A stretch of 58,697 bases of DNA, filler included, from Barthelona sp. PAP020 (taxonomy: Eukaryota), in assembly GCA_040182905.1 (NCBI GenBank). It is 6 parts of 6 records of this genome, joined end to end, with 100 filler letters (N's around TTAATTAATTAA, not from the genome) between each part and the next. Parts side by side here need not be neighbours in the genome. Positions count along the whole stretch, not along the records: positions 19,811 to 29,496 come from JARQWU010000419.1; positions 29,597 to 39,244 come from JARQWU010000420.1; 4 more parts are not named here. The stretch is one strand, 5' to 3'. The translations under genes were made by a program, and so were the position numbers. The notes beneath the pieces were generated by a model. The model saw only the letters and a list, made by a program, of their open reading frames with translations, did not search any database and was not told the origin of the DNA. The first letter of the stretch is position 1; every line of letters begins with the position of its first letter. Positions 21,103 through 30,030 of the stretch are shown here, one piece after another.

Positions 21103-21915
21103 ATGGCGTCTGTTGAAGAAAGCAATCATGAGAAGTCTTTAGAGACTGTTGAAAGTTTACAACAAAAACTGTTGCAGAAAGAAAATGATTTAATCGAAAT
21201 GACAAAAACGTTTCAAGAATTTCAAGAATCAACGGAAATATTAACTGTTGAAATGGAAAAGCAAACAAATGAAGATCAAAAAATTATCGTTGATTTACGC
21301 AAACAATTAACAACTCTTCAAGAAGCCAAAGAACAGTTGGAAATAAAAAATTCCATTTTAATTGATCAAAATGATACATATAAGAAACAATTAGATGATT
21401 TGCATGAAAAGAATATTGCTTCTGTTCAAAAGATCAATGAATTTGAGATTAATTTGGCTAAATTAAGAGAATCTTTAAAAAACTCACGTTTAATGAACGA
21501 AGAACTCTCTAATTCCAATGATTTATTGAATGAAAAATTAAATCTAAAAGTTACCGAAAATTTATCTTTAAACACAACACTTGATCGCCAAAACAAGGAA
21601 TTGATTGATCTAAGAGCAAGGATTCTTAACATTCAAAGTGCTGAAACCTTAGATTCTTCAGAAATCACAATTGAAGCAGACATGAAGAATACTTTGGAGG
21701 AATTAGAAAAAATGTTGGGAACTATCACCACCATTCGTTCAAAAATGCAAGATTGTGAAAGAGTATGCACTGATTTTGTTGCTACGGTTGGTTCAAATAG
21801 TCAGCAACAGATTTATTCAACATCCGAAAAGGAAACTGAAAATCCAGATGAAGGAAAAGTGGAAGAAGAAATTGAGTTCAATTCTGTGGAGCAGACAAGT
21901 GCTGATGTTAATTGA
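21103..21915 (+). CDS. Coiled-coil protein, NudE/NDEL1-like dynein regulator
   Basis: FQEFQESTEILTVEMEKQ resembles NDEL1 LVEFQEGSRELEAELEAQ, followed by a long coiled coil. Confidence 0.6.
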   Translation: MASVEESNHEKSLETVESLQQKLLQKENDLIEMTKTFQEFQESTEILTVEMEKQTNEDQKIIVDLRKQLTTLQEAKEQLEIKNSILIDQNDTYKKQLDDLHEKNIASVQKINEFEINLAKLRESLKNSRLMNEELSNSNDLLNEKLNLKVTENLSLNTTLDRQNKELIDLRARILNIQSAETLDSSEITIEADMKNTLEELEKMLGTITTIRSKMQDCERVCTDFVATVGSNSQQQIYSTSEKETENPDEGKVEEEIEFNSVEQTSADVN

Positions 21916-22057
21916 TTGATTAAAATTTGTAAAATGTGCATTATTGTTAAGACAACAAATTTTTTTTTTAATTTTATTATTTTTTTTTTCCAAAATTTAA
22001 AACAAAAGAATTTATAAAAATTAAAACAAAAAATTGGTGGTCGAATAAAGGAAAACT

Positions 22058-23767
22058 TCACATGTAAATAAATACCTGACTATCATGACCTCCAGTTGCA
22101 AAAATTGACCTAGAAGGATGTGGCGTCAAACAAGTAATACCACCTGCAGGTAATGAATGTCCAACAAATTCACTGATGACTTTTGGCAGTGATTCTGTTA
22201 AAGACCAAACTCTCACAGCATCAGAACACTGAGAAAACAATAAAATACCAGAGTGATCGAAAGCGATATTCAGAATTTTTCCAGGGTGCCCGGCATATTT
22301 GGCAATTACCTTTGAATTTCTCAAATCTAACAAAAGAATTTGACCATTTTCATAACCAACAGCTCCTAATTGATGTGTGGGATGTAAAGAAACACTTGTT
22401 GGAATGCTTGAAATGCTTTGAAATTCAAACACGGTTTCTTTCACAACCGGGTCTATGACAGTAAGCAATCCATCACTCCAACCAACAAAAACAAAACTGC
22501 TACTTAAAGAACTACATGTAGGATGAATATTATCGCGAGAGAGTGTGTAGAATAGTTTGGAATTTTTCAACAATTTAATTTCACTATGGGTAGAGATAAG
22601 CATAAAATTTTGTTGTTTCAAACTATTCAAATTAATGACAGGTGAATCTAATTTCATTATGTCACATAAATGTGGAGTTGAAGAGCCATAAACATTAAAG
22701 GAGCCTTCATTTATTCTCTGCAATGAAAATTTATATATGATCTCATCACAAGCAGCAAAAATATAATTATTTAATAAACATAGCGCTTTAATGGGCCCAT
22801 GAACACCTCGTAAGGAAATAAATGGGTCAAAAGTCAATCTTCTATTGTGAGGCAACGAAACATCTGCTAAACTAAATCCTTGAATCAATCCATCCCTACC
22901 GCTAGTAAACAATACAGATGTTTCTGGTTCAAATACCACACAGGTAACAGAATCCAAATGTGCTCTCAACAAAGCCACACAGTTAAATTTATGGAATTCA
23001 GATATCTTTCCAGTAGCCTGTATTAAGGCATCAAACTCTTCCAAATCAACCGAAGCAGCCATTCTAGAAGGCGAATTTTTCAAAATATCAGCACTTGATG
23101 ATTCAGTGAGCTGATTTTTCTTTTTACTGTGAAAATTTTGAACTGCTGTTATGGGTGGAGCTTTCGGTGTAAATTGTTCAAGATTTTCTTCAATATTATC
23201 TTTCCCATTGCTAATTGGGGTAGAAAACTCAGTAATGTTTAAACTAGACTTTTCTTTTTGTGGTGTGGAAGAAATTGAAGAAAAAGGCGGTGAAGTATCT
23301 GGTGAACTCACAATATCCATTGACATATCATAAGAAACAGGAGATTCAATCTCATTATTCATTCGAAGGACTGGAACTTTATTTTGAATGCTTGTGTCAT
23401 GTTCTGCCAAAATTCCCAATAATTGAGGAAATGATGATTCATTTTGTAGGGTTAATAAAACAGATAATAAGCTTCGATTCAAAAATTCGTCATTAAAATT
23501 CTGTTCTAAAAAGCTCTTTTGTTTTGGTGATGGTATTTCACCCAAACGTACTCGACAATCATACAAAGCATGTTCTAACAAACGTATTCTAGCAACAGCA
23601 TGCTCTAATGTAACTTCAAGTGCATGAATCTGTTGTTCATTTTGATCTAAAACCGCTTTTAATTCTTCGCATTGTTTGTTTGACAAAAAAATTTGCTGCT
23701 TATATGTGTTTAAATGATCATGCACATATTGTAAAGCTGAACTTATATCACTGGCTGTATCACTCAT
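22058..23767 (-). CDS. Striatin-like protein (STRIPAK PP2A B''' subunit)
   Basis: N-terminal coiled coil with RIRLLEHAL (striatin RIKMLEYAL), a low-complexity linker, then WD40 repeats beginning LRAHLDSV and ending FATGGHDSQVFIY. Confidence 0.85.
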   Translation of the reverse strand: MSDTASDISSALQYVHDHLNTYKQQIFLSNKQCEELKAVLDQNEQQIHALEVTLEHAVARIRLLEHALYDCRVRLGEIPSPKQKSFLEQNFNDEFLNRSLLSVLLTLQNESSFPQLLGILAEHDTSIQNKVPVLRMNNEIESPVSYDMSMDIVSSPDTSPPFSSISSTPQKEKSSLNITEFSTPISNGKDNIEENLEQFTPKAPPITAVQNFHSKKKNQLTESSSADILKNSPSRMAASVDLEEFDALIQATGKISEFHKFNCVALLRAHLDSVTCVVFEPETSVLFTSGRDGLIQGFSLADVSLPHNRRLTFDPFISLRGVHGPIKALCLLNNYIFAACDEIIYKFSLQRINEGSFNVYGSSTPHLCDIMKLDSPVINLNSLKQQNFMLISTHSEIKLLKNSKLFYTLSRDNIHPTCSSLSSSFVFVGWSDGLLTVIDPVVKETVFEFQSISSIPTSVSLHPTHQLGAVGYENGQILLLDLRNSKVIAKYAGHPGKILNIAFDHSGILLFSQCSDAVRVWSLTESLPKVISEFVGHSLPAGGITCLTPHPSRSIFATGGHDSQVFIYM

Positions 23768-24115
23768 TAAATAAACATTATTTATTTTTATCCTGTTTTT
23801 ATTTTAAAATTTGAAGACATTTGTACTAAATATCAATGAATGATGATTATTTTGACTAAAAGATGAAATTTATCAAGTTGTAATATTTCATTGTATTTTT
23901 TTTTTACAAATTTCTTTTAATCAACAAATCAATGCAAAATTTTCAAAAAATAAATGAAAGAATTATTGAATTATTTGTTCTTTAAAAAAAAATTTACTTT
24001 CTTTGTTTATTTTTTGCTTTGATAATCAAATTTCTAGTTATTTTTTTTTCAAGAGACTGTTCTTCACTCGTTTGGGTAAATGTAAAATCAGTTTCTTTAT
24101 TTATTCATTTTTTTC

Positions 24116-25504
24116 ATGTCATCTCAATCTTTTCCAAGTTACAATTTCGATATAGATTTGGAAAGTTTCCGAAAAAACGAATTGCCATATCTAAAAGATG
24201 TTTATTTAGATTTTAATGGTACAAATGTATACACAATATCTCAAATTAATAAATTTCATGAAAGATTAACCACCAATGTATTTAAAAATCCACATTCAGA
24301 AATCGAACCAAAAAAGATATCTCCAATAGATGAAGCGAAGTGTCAGGTTTTGGAGTTTTTAGATGTTTCTAAAGAAACTCATCAAGTAATTTTTACAAGT
24401 GGTGCAACAGCAGCAGCTAAATTAATTGGAGAAAGTGTCAGAAAATCTGAAGATTCATGTTTTGTAAGTTTAGATACAAACCATACTTCCATTCTTGGAA
24501 TTCAAGGTTTTTACAATCATTTTGATGTAATAACTCCTGAAGAAATTGATGAAATGTTGAAGAATAATTCTATTGAACAAAATTCAATCAGAATTGAAGA
24601 TGATGAAAATTCAACTTATAATTTGTTTGCTATTCCCGGAGCTTGTAATTTATCTGGCATTCAATTTGATTTGTCAATTATTGATCACGTTAAGAATAAT
24701 TTGCTTGATAACAATGACAATGAGAAAAATTCAAAATGGTTAACACTTTTAGATGCAACAGCGTTGGTTCCTCACACACCATTGTCTTTACAAGAAGTAA
24801 ATGCTGATTTCACAGTGTTTTCATTTCATAAAATTTTTGGTTTTCCCACGGGTCTTGGATGTGTTGTTGTTCGTAATGAGATTCTGGAGCACAATTTATT
24901 GAACCATAAGAAATACTTTGGTGGGGGAGCTGTTCTTCCCTTAGGTTTATCTCCTATTCCTTTGGAAAATATCAAACAGTTTGAAGATGGAACACCAAAT
25001 TTACATGCTATTTTATCAATAAAGGATGGATTTGAGTTAATTTCTCGTTTTAATGGCTTATCTTCGATTCATAAATATACTACTGATGTTGCTTTCTGGT
25101 TATATGAAAGAATGAATCAACTTAAATACGAAAATGGTCAAAAATTGGTGAAAATATATGGTAATTTTCCTTGTATGCTCAAACAAGGTCCATGTATAGC
25201 TTTTAACGTTTATTACTCACATGGAAGTTTTAGAACTTATGGAAGCGTCATGCGACGACTGTCAAAAAAAAACATTTATGTTAGAAGTGGCATTATGTGT
25301 AATCCTGGTGCATGTATGCGATGGTGCAATCTTTCAAACAAAGAAATGGAACAAATAAAGAATCTAAAAGATAGTTGTGGAGATGGTTTTGAAATATTTG
25401 AAGGTAAACCCATTGGTGTTGTGCGAGTTTCCATTGGATATTTTACAAATGAATGTGATTGCTATTCATTTTTGAAAGTTTTAGAAAGTTTCTTAAATAT
25501 TTGA
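24116..25504 (+). CDS. Molybdenum cofactor sulfurase-like PLP-dependent cysteine desulfurase (no MOSC domain)
   Basis: VIFTSGATAA, SFHKIFGFPTGLG (PLP lysine), YFGGG, FEDGT, RSGIMCNPGAC and GVVRVSIGY; the ORF ends after the PLP domain. Confidence 0.85.
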   Translation: MSSQSFPSYNFDIDLESFRKNELPYLKDVYLDFNGTNVYTISQINKFHERLTTNVFKNPHSEIEPKKISPIDEAKCQVLEFLDVSKETHQVIFTSGATAAAKLIGESVRKSEDSCFVSLDTNHTSILGIQGFYNHFDVITPEEIDEMLKNNSIEQNSIRIEDDENSTYNLFAIPGACNLSGIQFDLSIIDHVKNNLLDNNDNEKNSKWLTLLDATALVPHTPLSLQEVNADFTVFSFHKIFGFPTGLGCVVVRNEILEHNLLNHKKYFGGGAVLPLGLSPIPLENIKQFEDGTPNLHAILSIKDGFELISRFNGLSSIHKYTTDVAFWLYERMNQLKYENGQKLVKIYGNFPCMLKQGPCIAFNVYYSHGSFRTYGSVMRRLSKKNIYVRSGIMCNPGACMRWCNLSNKEMEQIKNLKDSCGDGFEIFEGKPIGVVRVSIGYFTNECDCYSFLKVLESFLNI

Positions 25505-25829
25505 AGCATTTAAGCAGTGTTTAAAATGTTTTGATATGTCAAGAAACTTTGAAATGTTGTATTCAGTGCTTTAATTTGTTTTGTTCTCTATTGTATTGTT
25601 TCATATTATTTCTTGAGGTAAATAACAAGTTTTGTGATTTTTTATCAGCTGAATATTCTTAATTGGTTCTTCTTTCTTTATTTTGCTCTGTGATTTTAAA
25701 AGAGATTGAAAGTGATTGCTCATGAATATCGGTCATGCAAACAATAAAACACAATATTTTTTATTGAAATATGGTCAGAAAAGTTTAAAAAAAAAAACAA
25801 ATTGATGAATTCAAAATGATAAAAAAAGT

Positions 25830-26600
25830 CTATGAAGTACCAAAGAAGTTGTCAGGGTAAAACTCAACATTTTCATCCAACAATGCATTACCTGCTTCTT
25901 TCAAGTCCTGTGGCTCAAGAATCATCATCACACCTTCCAAAAGAACACTTTCCTCAAAAGAAGAACTTGGATTCTTACCAAATTCAGTTTCAAATGTGAC
26001 TATGTGAGAACTTAAAGCAATCAAAGCTTCATCTTCTTCTTTGATATAAAATGGCTCTTCTTCAACTGAATTATTTTCCAAATCACGATGATAAGCACGT
26101 TTTGTGATGTATATTAAAGTGTCACACTGGTACTTTTCATCTTCACAATTTTGAATTTCTTCACATAAACTGGTTAAAAGAGGTGGACCAACAGTCTGAG
26201 GCATATTGAATATCCTCTCGTTGATAAATAATCCAGTTTTTGCAGAATCATCTAATATCTCTTCAAAAACAGCCTTTTCTTCTTGAGATTTATTGATTAT
26301 ATATTTTTTTATTATGGATAAAGAAGAGCATTTCTTTAAAAAAGGTTGAATTGGAACCATTGTGGCTAATGCCAACGGTGAATCAGACCCATCAGATTTA
26401 ATAACACTTCCAATATAATCACATGAACAAATCAATTCAGATAATTCATAACATCTAAAACGAGTATCAATAAAATGTTGAATCAATGTGTGAATTCCCC
26501 AAGTATCTTGTTGATCCAAACAATGTGCATCAAAAACCACATTAATTAACTCACTATTTTCTACACTTTCCCAAAAATTCACAGTACTATTATCTGTCAT
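25830..26600 (-). CDS. BCP1: BCP1/BCCIP family protein (60S biogenesis)
   Basis: INVVFD...DTWGIHTLIQH, IGSVIK, TGLFINERIFNMP...PPL and EEDE. Confidence 0.85.
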   Translation of the reverse strand: MTDNSTVNFWESVENSELINVVFDAHCLDQQDTWGIHTLIQHFIDTRFRCYELSELICSCDYIGSVIKSDGSDSPLALATMVPIQPFLKKCSSLSIIKKYIINKSQEEKAVFEEILDDSAKTGLFINERIFNMPQTVGPPLLTSLCEEIQNCEDEKYQCDTLIYITKRAYHRDLENNSVEEEPFYIKEEDEALIALSSHIVTFETEFGKNPSSSFEESVLLEGVMMILEPQDLKEAGNALLDENVEFYPDNFFGTS

Positions 26601-27081
26601 TGTTATTCAAATAAAAAAAAGTGTATTTCAGGATATGTTTATAAACTACAAATAAATTGGCCACAACGCTTAATTTTAACAGCTATTATTGCATGCAATG
26701 AAAATTCTGTTGGAAATTTGAATCAAACACGAATTCCTTCGAAGGGTGTTATTTGATAACGATTCTCTTGTATATGGTATGTTATTGTTAAAACAATTGT
26801 TATATAATCTAAATTCAGGTTCAAATTGATCTTTAAAACTCAAAGGCTCATAACTGATTCTTTTTTTTTTTCTTCTTTAACTACTTTCGTTGTATTTTGA
26901 AGTTGTTTCAAAGGAATTAACATCTGAATGAATATTGACTGTTGTTTTTTCATTAATTGTTTCCTGTTTTGTTTTTTGTAAAAGACTATTGATCAGATCT
27001 AATTTTTTTTGCAATTTGTTTTCTTCCGCATTATTTTTCTCGTTGTTCATATTTGAGAAATAAATATTTTTTTTAATATTT

Positions 27082-28332
27082 ATGAGTGAAGTATCTGTAT
27101 CAAAACAATTACTACGTTACAGAATATTAATATGTGTAATGATATTGCTACCCATAACAATAATTAATGAAATATTTGTGTGTATTTCTTCCATTCGAAC
27201 CATTCAAGGTTCTTTAATATTAATATTTTTGAATATAATATTGATATTTTGGGTATTATGTTCACAAACAAATGAATTGTATTCCCTACTTTGTGAAATT
27301 TTATGCAGTTTTGGATACTTTTTTGTTAATTATTTTTTTACTGCCAAAACAATTCAAAATAAAATACTGTATTGCACAATTGTCGTGGTTTTAGCAGTGC
27401 ATTGTTACAATTATTGTTTTTTACGAAGAGCGTTCAAAATAAGTTACGATTTTGATCCAATGTTCTTTGCCCAACCTTTGATTATTCAACTTTATCAATG
27501 TGTTATAAATTCACTAATAATTTTGTTTGTCGTGGCAATCATTAAACACAATGTTTTCAACGTACTTTTAGTTTTATCAATTGAATATTCAATTTTACTG
27601 TTAAAATACAAAATAAGTATTCTTCCCCCCATGAAACAGCTTTCTGCTGTGACCAAATATCCCTCCGATATCACTTTGGCTTTTGATGGGCTTATGCATG
27701 GAAAGAATGATTGGGATCGTTTACAGTGTTCAAAATACCTTTCATTAACTTTCAAATATGATGAAAATTTGTTTAAACTTAACGATTCAAGTTCAGACGC
27801 CATGGAGATAATGCAAAATATCTTAGTTGAAGATATAAAGAAGTTGAAAAAGCTAAAAGATATTGTGGGCACTAACATGTCCTTAAAATCAATTAAAAGA
27901 GATAGGAAAAAGCATGGTAGATTCCACTACAACAAACGTTTAGTTCACAATTGGGTAAATTTTTCTCCTGATGTTTCTTCAGCACATGTTATCGAGGCAA
28001 TTGTCAATTTGTTAGTCTTAGCTAAAGATGTTGATGAAAATGGACATCTATTTGGGCAGGTTGAAATCGTTTTGAAGATATTATTAGAATATCACTATTA
28101 TTTATCGGTCTTCGCATGTGATATTTCATCACAAAAACCAAACAATTGGCTGAAATTTATTTGTGTTGTTAATTATCAAAGATGGCCTGTGCAAACCGTT
28201 GAAAATACGTTGAGTCATTTGAATTTAGCCCTTTATAATCTGGTGTTCTCATTCTATGAATCAATTGGAAGCTTTAATATCAATCAAAAATACTCACACA
28301 TACTTCAAAATGTTATAGACGCAGAATTATAG
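27082..28332 (+). CDS. Multi-pass membrane protein, NDC1 nucleoporin-like
   Basis: About six N-terminal TM segments; C-terminal AIVNLLVLAKDVDENGHL...ILL and ALYNLVFSF resemble NDC1 ALSHLVAASxxEDxxGVVQ and AIYRITTTF. Confidence 0.6.
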   Translation: MSEVSVSKQLLRYRILICVMILLPITIINEIFVCISSIRTIQGSLILIFLNIILIFWVLCSQTNELYSLLCEILCSFGYFFVNYFFTAKTIQNKILYCTIVVVLAVHCYNYCFLRRAFKISYDFDPMFFAQPLIIQLYQCVINSLIILFVVAIIKHNVFNVLLVLSIEYSILLLKYKISILPPMKQLSAVTKYPSDITLAFDGLMHGKNDWDRLQCSKYLSLTFKYDENLFKLNDSSSDAMEIMQNILVEDIKKLKKLKDIVGTNMSLKSIKRDRKKHGRFHYNKRLVHNWVNFSPDVSSAHVIEAIVNLLVLAKDVDENGHLFGQVEIVLKILLEYHYYLSVFACDISSQKPNNWLKFICVVNYQRWPVQTVENTLSHLNLALYNLVFSFYESIGSFNINQKYSHILQNVIDAEL

Positions 28333-28436
28333 TCAGAACCATAAATTTTCCCTTCTTTTTTCTTTTTCCCAAATTCAAAAAAAGAAATCATTCCAATGAA
28401 ATATATTTATTGCAAAAACCGTTATTCTGTGTAAAT

Positions 28437-28994
28437 TTATTGACCAATAAGCTTTTCACATTGCTCACGGGTTTGACATTTCTTAGCATCAATAGTCTTT
28501 TGCCAGAAAGAAGGAGATTGACCTTCAACGGAACCACCAACAGCAAAAACTGTTCCAAGAATTTCCTTGACAGTACCAGAGAAGTAACGAGCAAAAGATT
28601 CACCACGGATTTCATCAGCAACTTCTAAGACATCTTTCCAACTGAGATTACCTGGATGGTTTTTGATGGGATTTTTCTTACGATCACGTTGAGGTTCTTT
28701 CATACGAGAAATAACTCTAACAGAGGTAGAAGGTAAAGCAGTAATGGTTGGATTACGGTTTTCAACATCAACTTGAACCTTAAGCTTTAAATTGTGATAT
28801 TGAGTTGTAGCCTTGGCAATAGTGGCAGCAACGTTACGAGGATTCAAACCACAGGTGGAAGTCTTTGAAGAAAGAATATTCATGGGAGGATTGAAACCAC
28901 CACGAGTACCAACATAGACTATCGTTAGAAAAGTTCAAAAAATACATCTACATGTTATTTTCTGCGCAACGGCAGGACCTTTTTTTGGGGGCAT
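28437..28994 (-). CDS. RPL12: 60S ribosomal protein L12 (uL11); two exons with a short intron whose acceptor is at 28919
   Basis: Spliced MPPKKG...YVGTRGG...GLNPRNVAATIAKAT...KEPQRDRKK...FSGTVKEILGT. The donor is GTAGAT at 28951 (33 nt) or GTATTT at 28945 (27 nt), both in frame; 3' end TTCTAACGATAG. Confidence 0.93.
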
Positions 28995-29127
28995 ATTGCA
29001 ATAATAAGGAAATGAGTCTGAAAGAGGAAAAATGGTTTGGACAAAATTTTAATTTTTCCGAACTTTTATCAACTCATTTTTCTTCCTTCATAATTTCCTA
29101 TAGCATTTAGTGTGATTCGTATATATA

Positions 29128-29496
29128 ATGCCTATTAAAGTATGTTTTAAGGATACTATTGACTATTTTACGTTACTTCTATTCATTTTAATTATTTGAT
29201 TTGATTCTAACTTTCCTAGTTCTCAATTGCTAATCCTGTCAATGGCAGACAAACTACTGTTAATCTCGATGATGCTGTTGCTCTCGAACCTTTCATGAAC
29301 AAGCCCTTACTTGCTGTTGTTCCTGGTGATTCTCTTGGTGAACAATTCAAGGGTTATTCTTTCAAGATCTCTGGTGGTTATGACAATCAAGGTTTCCCTA
29401 TGAGATTGGGTGTCCATACCAACAAGCGTGTCAAAGTTTTATGTGATGAAAACAATGGATGGCTTAAGCGTGCCAAAGACGGATATCGTCGTCGTC
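29128..29496 (+). CDS. RPS6: 40S ribosomal protein S6 (eS6), 5' part; join(29128..29139,29220..>29496)
   Basis: MPIK|FSIANPVNGRQ...GDSLGEQFKGYSFKISGGYDNQGFPM; 80-nt GTATGT...TTCTAAC...TAG intron; truncated by the linker. Confidence 0.93.
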
Positions 29497-29596
29497 NNNN
29501 NNNNNNNNNNNNNNNNNNNNNNNNNNNNNNNNNNNNNNNNTTAATTAATTAANNNNNNNNNNNNNNNNNNNNNNNNNNNNNNNNNNNNNNNNNNNN
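29497..29596. other. Artificial contig linker
   Basis: N44-TTAATTAATTAA-N44. Confidence 0.99.
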
Positions 29597-29827
29597 ATAT
29601 TCATTTATTCCGTCAAACAAATAATTGATTAATTTTGGTGTTGAATATAATATCCATAATGGTGAAACCCCATCCTCTATATCTTTTTCTAAAGACAAAT
29701 TATCTGGAAAAGTCTGTGCAGAAAATATTATCATATTTTTAATAGGGAAAGAAGCGCTGTGTATAAGCGAATAACATTCGGAAGATGCAATTAAGCTCTT
29801 AAAATGATCAATCAAAATCGTTTCCAT
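29597..29827 (-). CDS. 5' fragment of a hypothetical protein, truncated by the contig edge
   Basis: ATG ORF METILIDHFK... stays open into the linker. Confidence 0.5.
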
Positions 29828-30030
29828 AAAAATTACCTATATCTTTTTTTATATATATATTTTACCATAGAAAATGTTAGATTGATGATTTTATTTATCA
29901 ATAAAAACAAAAAATGTCATTTAGTCAAATTAATCTTCTTTTCTTTTCATCTTTTCAATGTGAAACATCTGTTTCAATGTCGAAATATTCAATTAAAAAA
30001 TGAGTTAATTTTTTTTTTTTTTTTTGAATA

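Noticed and set aside
26670..27050. Minus-strand frame interrupted by a single TAA, suggesting stop-codon reassignment
   Set aside because: Conserved genes (RPS2, RPL12, GSK3, HAS1) end at TAA at the expected positions and long ORFs contain no in-frame TAA/TAG, so the standard code fits
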